Shown: piece by piece, positions 37,518 to 46,756 of the stretch
How the letters are laid out: each line of letters starts with the position of its first letter
Position numbering within the stretch: position 1 is the stretch's first letter
From: Acidimicrobiia bacterium
GTDB lineage: Bacteria > Actinomycetota > Acidimicrobiia > Spongiisociales > ZC4RG35
Direction: 5' to 3'
DNA: 64,000 nucleotides
Assembly: GCA_965215185.1 (NCBI GenBank)
Contig: OZ244034.1
Location: forward strand, 128,001 to 192,000
The notes under the pieces: model-generated
Seen by the model: only the letters and a program-made list of their open reading frames with translations
Told to the model about the DNA's origin: nothing
Databases searched by the model: none
Position numbers and translations under genes: made by a program

Positions 37518-38507
37518 CTAGCCCTGCGGGGCCAGTGCTTCGATTCCGCGTTCGATGTCACCGATCACCGTGATGATCGGGTGATCGATCCCGGCGTCGA
37601 TGTAGCGCTGCAGGCCCTCAAGACAGTCGTCCCGGGTGCCGTTGATCGTGATCTCATCGATGGTCTCGTCGGTGATGTATCGCTTGCCGGCCTCGCCGCC
37701 TCCCTCGTCCACGGCGGCTGCCAGCCGCTCCCATCCCGCACCGTTCTCACCCCACACCGAGGTCCGCTTGGTGATGTCGGGAAGGCGAGCCAGGTAGAGG
37801 GCGAGAAGGGGACGCAGATAGTCGCGGGCAGCCTCCTTCGAGTCGTCCACGGCCGCCACCACCATCATCCCCACCTCAATATCGTCGACCGTGCGGCCAG
37901 CCTTCTCAGCACCCTTGTTGAGATGCTCGCGTGCCCACGTGACATAGTCGGTGCTCAGAAAGGCGTTGAGCGATGCGCCCTCGGCGATCTCACCGGTCAA
38001 CTGGCACGCCAGCGGGCCGGTGGGGCCCAGCCACACGGGCAGGTCGCGGCGTACCGGCTCGAAGTCGAGTTCGGCGTTCTCGAGGTGGACCATCTCGCCC
38101 TGGTAGTCAAAGTGCGTCCCGTGAGCATGCCACACGGCCCGGCAGGCTTCCACGTATTCGCGCAGCGCCTTGAGCGGCTTCTCGAAATTGATGCCCTGGG
38201 CCTTGATGAGCACCCGGGAGCCGGCGCCGATGCCAGCCACCATCCGGCCGCCGGACAACTCGTCGAGGGCGGCGAAGGTGGTTGCCATCAGCAGCGGGCT
38301 GCGAGTGAAGATCGGCACGACGCTCGGGCCGATGATGAGGCGCTCGGTCACGGCGGCGGCCGCTGCGCAGGCGGTGATGCCGTCGCGGGAGAAGTTGTGC
38401 TCGGCGTACCAGATCGAGTCGTACCCGAGATCCTCCACCCGCTTGGTGAGCCGGACGGTCTCCGGGAGGGGCGTCGTTTGCAGCAAGCCGATGCCGGTCT
38501 TGATCAT
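37518..38507 (-). CDS. LLM-class oxidoreductase (Mer-like)
   Basis: [24 protein letters not shown] and TGEIAEG. Confidence 0.88.
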   Translation of the reverse strand: MIKTGIGLLQTTPLPETVRLTKRVEDLGYDSIWYAEHNFSRDGITACAAAAAVTERLIIGPSVVPIFTRSPLLMATTFAALDELSGGRMVAGIGAGSRVLIKAQGINFEKPLKALREYVEACRAVWHAHGTHFDYQGEMVHLENAELDFEPVRRDLPVWLGPTGPLACQLTGEIAEGASLNAFLSTDYVTWAREHLNKGAEKAGRTVDDIEVGMMVVAAVDDSKEAARDYLRPLLALYLARLPDITKRTSVWGENGAGWERLAAAVDEGGGEAGKRYITDETIDEITINGTRDDCLEGLQRYIDAGIDHPIITVIGDIERGIEALAPQG

Positions 38508-38525
38508 GTTTTCTCCTTGGTTAGG

Positions 38526-39308
38526 TCAGTTGAGGTAGGGGCGGAGGATGCGTTTCTGGAGGAGTTGGAATAGGGTCCCGAAGACCAGGCCGAGGATGCC
38601 GACCAGGAGGATCGCTCCGTACATCTCGGCGGGGAAGAGGCTGCGGCGCATGAAGAGGATGAACCAGCCGAGCCCGTTGGTGGAGAGGATGAGCTCGGAC
38701 GCCACCATGAGCACAAGTGCGATACCGACCGCCTGGCGAGCGCCGGCCACGATCTGGGGGACCGCCAGGCCGAACACTGCTCGTCGCAGCACCAGGGTTT
38801 CGGATCCGCCGAAGCTTCTCACCACGTCGGGCAACAGCGACTGCTTGGCGGTACGGACGCCGAAGATCGTGTTGATCGCCACAAAGATGAAGGAAGCCCA
38901 GGCGATCACGATGATGCGGGACAGATCCCCGATCCCGACCACCAGCACGAGGACGGGCAGGAAGAGGATGACCGGGATCGGTCGAAGGAACTCAAGCAGC
39001 GAGATCGCCACGGACCCGGGTTTGTTCCACCACTCGACGACCACGCCGAACACGACGCCGACTACCACCCCGATGAGCCAACCCGCCACGGCGCGGTAGA
39101 CGCTCTTGCCAATCTGGAACAAAAGACCGTCGCCCGACCGGTACGGAGGGTCGGTGAAGGCGGTGAGAGTGTCGGTGAATACCTGAGTGGGCGGCGGAAA
39201 TAGGAATGGGTTGACCATCTCGGCGCGGCTCACGTACTCCCACACCCCGAAGATGGCGGCCAGCACGATCATGGTCTTCAGTCCGCGAATCCACACCGAG
39301 GTGGTCAT
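38526..39308 (-). CDS. NitT/TauT-family ABC permease
   Basis: FPPP, RPIP, VASE and GLG motifs. Confidence 0.88.
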   Translation of the reverse strand: MTTSVWIRGLKTMIVLAAIFGVWEYVSRAEMVNPFLFPPPTQVFTDTLTAFTDPPYRSGDGLLFQIGKSVYRAVAGWLIGVVVGVVFGVVVEWWNKPGSVAISLLEFLRPIPVILFLPVLVLVVGIGDLSRIIVIAWASFIFVAINTIFGVRTAKQSLLPDVVRSFGGSETLVLRRAVFGLAVPQIVAGARQAVGIALVLMVASELILSTNGLGWFILFMRRSLFPAEMYGAILLVGILGLVFGTLFQLLQKRILRPYLN

Positions 39309-40102
39309 GCGCGGTCACCCCGGCCTTTTAGGAGGCGCCAGACCTCTTTATATCTCGTCCGAAACTGGTCCGAGGCGATGAACTCCTCGAAGCTCGAGGT
39401 CCGCTCGCCCTGCATGAAATCGGTGAGCACGCGGGCAGGGCGTTGATCGAGGACCACCGTGCGGTCGCCGAGGTAAAGCGATTCTTCGATGTCGTGGGTG
39501 ACGAACAGCACGGTTCGGTGCAGACTCTCGAGGATCTTGCGGATCTCTTCTTGCAGGACACGCCGGATCTGGGCGTCGAGCGATCCGAACGGTTCGTCCA
39601 TCAACAGCACGTCAGGCTCATAGGCGAGCACGCGGGCCAACTGCACCCGCTGCTGCATGCCCCCCGAGAGCTCGCGCGGATATGCGTTTTCGAACCCTTG
39701 CAGACCGACCATCTCTATGTATCGGGCGGCCGCCTCGGCCCGCTCGGCCCGCGACGCTACGCCCTCGATCTCCAGCCCGAACTCGACATTTTTCTGCACG
39801 GTCTTCCATGGCGCCAGCGCGTTGGCGTAGTCCTGGAAAACGAAGCCGATTCGCGGCTTCGGTGAGCTGGGCTCGAAGGTGATGGACCCACCGGTCACCG
39901 GGGTCAACCCGTCGATCATCTTGAGGATCGTCGATTTACCGCAGCCGGACGGCCCGACGATCGTCACCAGCTCGCCCGGCCGAAACGAGAGGTCCAGTCC
40001 ATCGATGATTTTGAGATCTTCGTCTTGGCCACGCCGGGCGTAGCTCTTGGTCACACCCTTCAGGTGGATGGCCGGACTGGAGGAGGTCTTATGGGTGGTC
40101 AT
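39305..40102 (-). CDS. NitT/TauT-family ABC ATPase
   Basis: GPSGCGKST, YPRELSGGMQQR, LMDEPFGSLD and VTHDIEE. Start trimmed to ATG 40102. Confidence 0.92.
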   Translation of the reverse strand: MTTHKTSSSPAIHLKGVTKSYARRGQDEDLKIIDGLDLSFRPGELVTIVGPSGCGKSTILKMIDGLTPVTGGSITFEPSSPKPRIGFVFQDYANALAPWKTVQKNVEFGLEIEGVASRAERAEAAARYIEMVGLQGFENAYPRELSGGMQQRVQLARVLAYEPDVLLMDEPFGSLDAQIRRVLQEEIRKILESLHRTVLFVTHDIEESLYLGDRTVVLDQRPARVLTDFMQGERTSSFEEFIASDQFRTRYKEVWRLLKGRGDRA

Positions 40103-40857
40103 GCCAACGATGTCTCCGACCACCAGGGGAACAGCCTCCGCTGGGCTACCTCGAGCAGGCGGAATGCCCCGTACCCGATGACTGCGATCAGGGCGATAGC
40201 GGCATACATCCGTCCAAACAGAGCGTTGCTTTGGGTGCGGAGAATATAGAAGCCGAGTCCCGACAGCCCGATGACCATATCGGCGACGACGATGACGATG
40301 AGCGCCACCGACACGTTCTGTCGCAGACTCGAGAGGAAATAGGGGAGCAGGCTTGGTATTCCGACCTTGCGGAGCACTTTCACCTCTCCGGCGCCGAAGC
40401 TGCGGGCCGCGTCCTGCAACGTGTCCGGGATGTGTTTCACGCCGGCGACTACGTTGATCACGGCCAGGAAGAAACAACCCCACGCCACGGCGAACGCACC
40501 CACCAGGAACGAGTCGGCGAGCACCAGGAGCGCCATGGGGACCATGGCGACCGCAGGGATGGCGCGAAAGAAGTCGAGCGGCCCGCTCATCCACGAATCG
40601 ACGGAGGCGTACCGCCCCACGGCCATTCCGACCACAACCGCGGCGCCGAACCCGATCGCGTAGCCGACGAGCGCGGTCCACATGCTCTCAAGCGTGGCGG
40701 GGCCGAGGTTCACCCAGTCCTCGGAACCCGCCCGCAAGACCTCGTTGGGTGGTGGAATGAACTTTGAATTAACGAACCCGGTGGCCGTAGCCGCCACCCA
40801 CGCTACGAGGATGACGGCTGCGGCAGTGAGTCCAGCGAACCGCTGGGCTCCTCTCAC
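40099..40857 (-). CDS. NitT/TauT-family ABC permease
   Basis: IPPP, RAIP, DAARSFGA and GLG. Confidence 0.88.
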   Translation of the reverse strand: MRGAQRFAGLTAAAVILVAWVAATATGFVNSKFIPPPNEVLRAGSEDWVNLGPATLESMWTALVGYAIGFGAAVVVGMAVGRYASVDSWMSGPLDFFRAIPAVAMVPMALLVLADSFLVGAFAVAWGCFFLAVINVVAGVKHIPDTLQDAARSFGAGEVKVLRKVGIPSLLPYFLSSLRQNVSVALIVIVVADMVIGLSGLGFYILRTQSNALFGRMYAAIALIAVIGYGAFRLLEVAQRRLFPWWSETSLA

Positions 40858-40878
40858 TTCAACTCCCGATCGAGTTGG

Positions 40879-42096
40879 TTACGGCAGTTGGCTCGGATCC
40901 CAGGGGAAGTAGCGACCGTTCTCGATCAACTCGTCTTCGGTGAACGGGAGGTCCGAGATGAACGCTCCCACGTCCAGCCCCTCTCCGAGCAGATCCGCAT
41001 TGACCATCAGGTCGGCAACGCGCTGCATCTGATCGACCCAGTTCTCCGGCCAGGTCACGTACAGGTGCGGCGGATTGTTCCTCTGCGCCTCCTCCGGCAC
41101 ACCCGAGATGGCCACTGAAATGTCCAGGGCCTCGGCCGGGTTGTCGACGATCCACTGACTGGCGTCACGGATGGCGAGCGCCCATGCCCTGACGGTATTG
41201 GGGTTCTCAGCTACGAACTCGGGCGTGGCCGCCATCGGGAACATGCCGGCGCCACGGTCACCCAGCATCTCCGGGATACCGTTTTCACCGCCGATATAGG
41301 GGTCACCGATCGAGCGGAAGCCGTTCCCCTCGGTCTCTCCGAACGGAATGATGGCGCCGACGAACGGGTAGATCATGTATCCGACATCGATCTCCCCCGA
41401 CGTGATGAGATCCGGGTGCGCGCCCCAGAACGCTTCGATGAGCTCGACGCTGTCCGGATCGACGCCCACCTCGAGCATGATCGATATAAGGAAAGCCTCT
41501 TCGTTCGACCCGCGGGCGATCACGCCGATGCGGGCACCTTCGAGATCTGCGACCGTTTGGATCGGCGAGTCCTCGGCGACGATCAGACGATGCGTGGTGT
41601 AGTCAGCGCCGCCTTCGCGGGCGTAGAACGCATGCGTCGTGATGAACTTGAGCTGCTGGCCACGCTCGGCCAGCGAGAAGGCCAGCGGCCAGCTCGTGTA
41701 GCCCATGTCCGCCTCACCGGACAAGGCCGCCTCAGTGGAGCGGCCTGCGCCGCCCTCGAACGCAAGGATCTCCGGCGCCAGCCCGTAGTCGGCGAAGAAG
41801 CCTTTTTCCTGAGCCACATAGAGGGGTAGGAACTGCGCGAGTGTGGCCGGCATCACCTTGATGTTCGCCTTCTCGGGTGTCATGTCGACCATGGCTGCGG
41901 TCGTGGTGGGGGCTGCGGTCGTGGTCGGGGCTGCGGCCGTGGTGGTCGTGGCTGCGGCCGTGGTGGCCGGCGCCTGGGTCGTGGCTGGGGCCACCGTTGT
42001 TACGGGGGTCGATTCGTCGCTTGATCCACATGCGGTGAATACCAGTGCGAGGGCGACGAGGAGTACCAGCGAACCCCTGTTCCGAATCCTGTGCAT
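40879..42096 (-). CDS. ABC substrate-binding lipoprotein (NMT1/THI5/SsuA-like)
   Basis: Lipobox LVFTAC, TTAAP linker, LYVAQEKGFF...GL, SPIQTVADLEG and FVAENP. Confidence 0.88.
   Translation of the reverse strand: MHRIRNRGSLVLLVALALVFTACGSSDESTPVTTVAPATTQAPATTAAATTTTAAAPTTTAAPTTTAAMVDMTPEKANIKVMPATLAQFLPLYVAQEKGFFADYGLAPEILAFEGGAGRSTEAALSGEADMGYTSWPLAFSLAERGQQLKFITTHAFYAREGGADYTTHRLIVAEDSPIQTVADLEGARIGVIARGSNEEAFLISIMLEVGVDPDSVELIEAFWGAHPDLITSGEIDVGYMIYPFVGAIIPFGETEGNGFRSIGDPYIGGENGIPEMLGDRGAGMFPMAATPEFVAENPNTVRAWALAIRDASQWIVDNPAEALDISVAISGVPEEAQRNNPPHLYVTWPENWVDQMQRVADLMVNADLLGEGLDVGAFISDLPFTEDELIENGRYFPWDPSQLP
41890..42003 (-). repeat. Low-complexity coding repeat (Thr/Ala/Pro linker)
   Basis: Recurrent ggctgcgg(t/c)cgtggt units encoding TTAAPTTTAA. 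A similar linker lies at about 18170-18290. Confidence 0.7.
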
Positions 42097-42487
42097 TTTC
42101 TCTCCTTCTTCTACGAAAAACGCTATTAGCTGGGCCGGAGTCTAACTCTCCACCCAGGTTGGTGCTGGGGTGAGTCCCACATGAATCTCTTTAGTCGGCG
42201 ATTGGGTAGCCAGGTTACGGAGTCGAATGGTTCCCGACTATCGAACGTGTAGCCGACCGGCTGTGTGGCACCCTTCCGCTCTATTACTCAGGTAGATCAG
42301 CGTCGAGGTTCCCCTTGACCGACCACGCTGCGCCTATGTGGGGGTTCGTCGCGGCTGAGATGACCTGCGCCGGGGGTTCTTTGGTCTGGACCGCCTGGCT
42401 TTGGAGACCCGGGTTCTCTCCAAGATGGGATCGGGAGTGCTTCTAGCATTGCTGGGGTGATCGACGCTTAGACGTAAGGAGTGTGCG

Positions 42488-43507
42488 TTGAACGCTTGCA
42501 TTGCCAGAGTGGGAATCTGTTTCCTGGATCGTCCCGACGCCCGCACCCAGGTGGCTCTTGCCCAAGAGGCCGAAGCGCTGGGGTACGAATCGGTCTGGAT
42601 ATGCGAGACACGCACCGCCCGCGACGCCATCTCGGTGATGGGGGCGGTCGCCCATCAGACCGAGCGGATAAAAATCGGGGCCGGGGTGGTGAACACCTGG
42701 ACCAGACCCGCCTCGCTCATGGCCCTGACCTTCGCCTCCCTCGACGAGTTGGCGCCCGCTCGGATGCTGCTGGGCCTGGGCGCTTACTGGGACCCGCTGG
42801 CCTGGAAGCAGGGAGTGATCCGAAGCCGGCCGCTGCGACAGATGCGGGAGTATGTGGAAGTGGTGCGCAGACTCCTAGCTCTGGAGACGGTCACCTTCGA
42901 GGGCGATCTGGTGCAGGTGAGAGATCTACGCCTGGAACTGGGGGAGGGCGCGTCTGATGCCCCGAGGCAGGTCCCCATCTATATCGGCGCCACCGGTCCC
43001 AAGATGCTGGCGCTATCGGGAGAGATCGCCGACGGGGTGCTGCTCAACGGATTCACATCCCCCTCCTATCAGGCTCAGGCCTTCGACCGGATGGCGCAGG
43101 GCGCGGCCCGGGTTGGCAAATCCCTTGACGATCTCGACCTTCCGCAAGTGGTGGTGGTAAGCGCCGATGACCGTCATCCCGAGCGGGCGTTCGAGGTGGC
43201 CCTTCGGATGACCACCATGTATCTGGGACAGCAGCCCCACATCGCCCTGGCCAGCGGCGTTCCGGAAGACCTGCTGGCTGAGGTCAAAGACGAGATGGGG
43301 GGCTGGCCTCCCAGGGCAGGGGGGATCGATGATGCGATGCGGCTGGTGCCCGCCGAAGTGGTGAGCGCGCTGTGCGTGTGGGGAGATCTGGCCGCCTGTC
43401 GGCAGGGTCTAGCGGCCTACGCTACCCGTCCCAATGTGTATCCGGTGGCGCTGCCCATCACCGAGAATTATCGGGAGATGGCAGAGGCATTCGCGCCCGG
43501 CGGCTAG
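42488..43507 (+). CDS. LLM-class oxidoreductase (Mer-like, probably F420-dependent)
   Basis: GYESVWICE...RDA, TRP, PIYIGATGPKM and GEIADG. TTG start follows AAGGAG. Confidence 0.88.
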   Translation: MNACIARVGICFLDRPDARTQVALAQEAEALGYESVWICETRTARDAISVMGAVAHQTERIKIGAGVVNTWTRPASLMALTFASLDELAPARMLLGLGAYWDPLAWKQGVIRSRPLRQMREYVEVVRRLLALETVTFEGDLVQVRDLRLELGEGASDAPRQVPIYIGATGPKMLALSGEIADGVLLNGFTSPSYQAQAFDRMAQGAARVGKSLDDLDLPQVVVVSADDRHPERAFEVALRMTTMYLGQQPHIALASGVPEDLLAEVKDEMGGWPPRAGGIDDAMRLVPAEVVSALCVWGDLAACRQGLAAYATRPNVYPVALPITENYREMAEAFAPGG

Positions 43508-43526
43508 ATCCCAAAAAGCGCCGCCA

Positions 43527-44372
43527 TCAAGTGGCGATGGCCCCGTAAAGGTCGGGACGGCGGTCGCGAAAAAAGCCCCATTCGTTGCGGATCTGGGGAA
43601 CCACCGAGAAGTCGAGATCGGCCAGCAGCACCTCATCGTCCTGATCGCTGGCCTGGCTGATGATCTGTCCCTTGGGATCCACCCACACCGACGATCCGTA
43701 GAAGTGCGAGTCGGAGCCGTCTTGGTCGACTCCCACCCGGTTCACTCCTCCCACGTACATGATGTTGTCCACTGCGTGGGCGCGAAGTTCCAGTTCCCAC
43801 AGATAGCGGCTCATCCCGGTGGTGGCGGTGGGCACCACCATCAACTGGGCGCCCTGCAGGGCAAACGCCCGCACCCCTTCCGGGAAATGGCGGTCATAGC
43901 AGATGTACACCGCGAACTTGATCCCGAACGGCGTGTCGAAGGTGACAAAGCCGGTGTCTCCCGGTGCGAAGTAGTACTTCTCGATTCCGGTCAGGGTGGG
44001 CGTGCTGACCAAAGGGATGTGGCTCTTTCGGTAGATACCCAAAAGTTCCCCGTCGGCGCCGATCACCGGGGCGGTGTTGAACAGCATCCCCTCGATGGTC
44101 TTCTCATAGATTGGCGCTACCAGCACCACTCCCGTCTCCCGAGCCACCTCTTGCATCCGCTCGGTGGTGGGGCCGGGGATCGGCTCGGCGAGATCAAAAT
44201 GGCGGGGGTCCATCTCATAGGGGAAGTAGATGGTGTTGAACAGTTCCTGCAGACAAACGATTTGCGCCCCCTGGTCGGCGGCCTGGCGAACCAGTTGTTC
44301 CCCCTTGGCGATGTTGGCCTCTTTGTCGTAGACGGTTGACATCTGGATGAGTGCGGTTCTGACGGTGGTCAT
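43527..44372 (-). CDS. Nitrilase-family N-carbamoyl amidohydrolase (beta-ureidopropionase-like)
   Basis: Catalytic Glu-Lys-Cys in QELF, RKSHIP and ICYDRHFPE. EKYYF.PG and FFRDRRPDLY. Directly downstream of dihydropyrimidinase. Confidence 0.88.
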   Translation of the reverse strand: MTTVRTALIQMSTVYDKEANIAKGEQLVRQAADQGAQIVCLQELFNTIYFPYEMDPRHFDLAEPIPGPTTERMQEVARETGVVLVAPIYEKTIEGMLFNTAPVIGADGELLGIYRKSHIPLVSTPTLTGIEKYYFAPGDTGFVTFDTPFGIKFAVYICYDRHFPEGVRAFALQGAQLMVVPTATTGMSRYLWELELRAHAVDNIMYVGGVNRVGVDQDGSDSHFYGSSVWVDPKGQIISQASDQDDEVLLADLDFSVVPQIRNEWGFFRDRRPDLYGAIAT

Positions 44373-44387
44373 ACTTTCTCCCCGGGG

Positions 44388-45791
44388 TCAGGAAATCATT
44401 TCGGTGGTAAGTGTTTCAGAGGGTCGGCGTTTGATGAACCGACCCGCGCCGGCCCGGCCCACGAACTTACCATCCCGGACCACCGGCTCTCCTCTCAACA
44501 GCACCGTCTCCGCAGCTCCCTGCAGCACCCACCCCTCATAGGGGTTGTAGTCGCAGTTGGTCATCTGGGTTTCGGCCGAGAGGGTCTGCCGCCGGTTCGG
44601 ATCAAAGATCACCAGGTCCGCATCAGATCCGGGCGCGATCTCGCCTTTTTGGGGATACAGCCCGAACAGGCGGGCGGCATTGGTGGAAGTAATCTCCACC
44701 CAACGGTTGTGAGATATCCGGTTCTCCCGCACTCCGAAGTGGTAGAGGAGGCTCACCCGCCATTCCACTCCGGGCATCCCGTTGGGGATCTTGGTGAAAT
44801 CCCCTCTTCCCATCTCTTTTTGCGCCTTGTAATGGAACGGTGCATGGTCGGTGGCCACCAACTGCAAGTCACCGGCGGCCAGTCCTTCCCAAAGCCGCTC
44901 GCGATGGGATGGGGACCGCAGGGGTGGTGAGCAGACGTACTTGGCGCCCTGGAACCCGGGCGAGGCCAGCACATCATCAGAGAGCAGCAGATACTGGGGG
45001 CAGGTCTCGGCATACACGGGCAGTCCCCGCTCGCGACCCTGCCCCACCGCCTGCAGGGCCTCGGCCGCGGAGAGGTGCACCACATAGACCGGTACCTGGG
45101 CGATCTCGGCCAGGGCTATGGCCCGCGAGGTTGCCTCTCCTTCGGCTATGGAAGGCCGGGTCATGGAGTGAAAGCGGGGTTCGGTGTGCCCGGCGGCGAT
45201 CGCCTGCTGGATGAGCACCTCGATGGCGGGGCCGTTCTCGCAGTGCAGCATGATCAGACCCCCGTGGTCGGCGGTCCACTGCAGCGCCCGGAAGATGGCG
45301 CCGTCGTCCAGCATCCAGGCGTTGGGGTAGGCCATGAACAGCTTGAAGCTGGAGACGCCCTCTTCGATCAGCGCGCCCAAAGACGGCATATAGGACTCCG
45401 GAAGGTCGGTGATGATCTGGTGGAAGGCCCAGTCCACCGCGGCTCTGCCTTCCGATTTTCCGAACCACTCCTCGAGCGAAACCCGTGGATCATTGCCCTT
45501 TTGCTGGATGGGGAAGTCGATGATGGTGGTGGTTCCCCCCACTGCCGCGGCCACGGTGCCGGTGTAAAAGTCGTCGGAGATGAGGGTGTTGCCGGCCGGT
45601 GTGTCCATGTGGGTGTGAGGGTCGATCCCTCCGGGGATGACCAGTTTGCCGGTGGCGTCCATAATCCGGTCCGCCGGGAAGTCGCCCAAGTTCCCCACCC
45701 TGGCAATCTTTGCGTTCTCGATGAGAATGTCCTCTACCGTGTCCCGGGAGGCGGTTATTACCCGCCCTCCCTTGATCAGGGTGGTGCTCAC
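44388..45791 (-). CDS. hydA: Dihydropyrimidinase / D-hydantoinase (copy 1)
   Basis: PGGIDPHTH, GGTTT, SFKLFMAYP, HCENG, VHLS, YVCSPPLR, TDHAPF and KIPNG. Confidence 0.94.
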   Translation of the reverse strand: MSTTLIKGGRVITASRDTVEDILIENAKIARVGNLGDFPADRIMDATGKLVIPGGIDPHTHMDTPAGNTLISDDFYTGTVAAAVGGTTTIIDFPIQQKGNDPRVSLEEWFGKSEGRAAVDWAFHQIITDLPESYMPSLGALIEEGVSSFKLFMAYPNAWMLDDGAIFRALQWTADHGGLIMLHCENGPAIEVLIQQAIAAGHTEPRFHSMTRPSIAEGEATSRAIALAEIAQVPVYVVHLSAAEALQAVGQGRERGLPVYAETCPQYLLLSDDVLASPGFQGAKYVCSPPLRSPSHRERLWEGLAAGDLQLVATDHAPFHYKAQKEMGRGDFTKIPNGMPGVEWRVSLLYHFGVRENRISHNRWVEITSTNAARLFGLYPQKGEIAPGSDADLVIFDPNRRQTLSAETQMTNCDYNPYEGWVLQGAAETVLLRGEPVVRDGKFVGRAGAGRFIKRRPSETLTTEMIS

Positions 45792-45814
45792 CAGCCTCTC
45801 CTTGTCATTTGCCC

Positions 45815-45824
45815 CTAGCCTATT
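45815..45824 (-). promoter_or_regulatory. Putative -10 element (TAGGCT) of hydA copy 1
   Basis: AATAGGCTAG on the minus strand. The same 10-mer sits at nearly the same distance upstream of hydA copy 2. Confidence 0.55.
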
Positions 45825-45862
45825 CCAGTATCTTGCTGGGGTAATCCTTTTGGAGGATCAAC

Positions 45863-46756
45863 TTGACCGAAAAAGCGTCCGGACCATCAGCGGAGATGGA
45901 TTTTTCTTCTGCAGACGAGGTGGCGGAACTTCTGGGCCGCCAAAACTATCTGGCCGACCGGGGATTGGCCACCGCCATCTATCTGGCGCGGGCCCTTCCT
46001 CAGCCGCTGATGCTGGAAGGCGAGGCCGGGGTGGGGAAGACCGAAGTGGCCAAGGCGTTGGCGGACGGGTTGGGAGTTCCACTGGTGCGTCTGCAGTGCT
46101 ATGAAGGCATAGACGCCGCCCAGGCTCTATACGAATGGGACTACACCCGCCAGCTTCTCCACCTGCGGGCCGCCGACCTGCGGGACGGGGGCGGTCGCGA
46201 CATTTACGGGGAGGAGTTTCTGTTGGAAAGACCGCTTCTGCGGGCCCTGAGGTCCGAGGGCAGATGCGTGTTGCTGATTGATGAAATAGACCGCGCCGAT
46301 GATGAATTCGAGGCTTTCCTCCTGGAGATTCTATCCGAATTCCAAATCTCAATTCCCGAGTTGGGGGTTATCCAGTCCGCTGCTGCTCCGATGGTGGTGC
46401 TCACCTCCAACCGCACCCGGGAATTGCACGATGCTCTCAAACGCCGCTGTCTCTATCACTGGATAAATCTCCCGGATCCCCTCCGGGAGGTGGCGATAAT
46501 AAGAGCCAGAGCGCCGGAGGTGTCCGAGGCGCTGGCCCGCAAGGTGGTGCGTGCGGCCGCGCGCCTGCGCCAGGCCGATCTGGTGAAGACGCCGGGAGTG
46601 GCGGAAACCATCAGTTGGTCGAGGGCGTTAGAGCGGCTGGGGACCAAACGCCTTGACACCGAGACGGTCCGACTCACCCTGGGGGCGGCGCTTAAGGAAC
46701 GCGACGACCTGGAAACAGCGGAAGGATTCATTGAGGAACTCGCCGACCTTGAATGA
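45863..46756 (+). CDS. coxD: MoxR-family AAA+ ATPase (CoxD-like)
   Basis: LEGEAGVGKTE, RLQCYEG, LIDEIDRADDEFEA and TSNRTRELHDALKRRC. Confidence 0.9.
   Translation: MTEKASGPSAEMDFSSADEVAELLGRQNYLADRGLATAIYLARALPQPLMLEGEAGVGKTEVAKALADGLGVPLVRLQCYEGIDAAQALYEWDYTRQLLHLRAADLRDGGGRDIYGEEFLLERPLLRALRSEGRCVLLIDEIDRADDEFEAFLLEILSEFQISIPELGVIQSAAAPMVVLTSNRTRELHDALKRRCLYHWINLPDPLREVAIIRARAPEVSEALARKVVRAAARLRQADLVKTPGVAETISWSRALERLGTKRLDTETVRLTLGAALKERDDLETAEGFIEELADLE

Noticed and set aside
42097-42487. TPP riboswitch upstream of the THI5-like binding protein
   Set aside because: A ctgaga occurs only on the opposite strand and the rest of the conserved core is missing.
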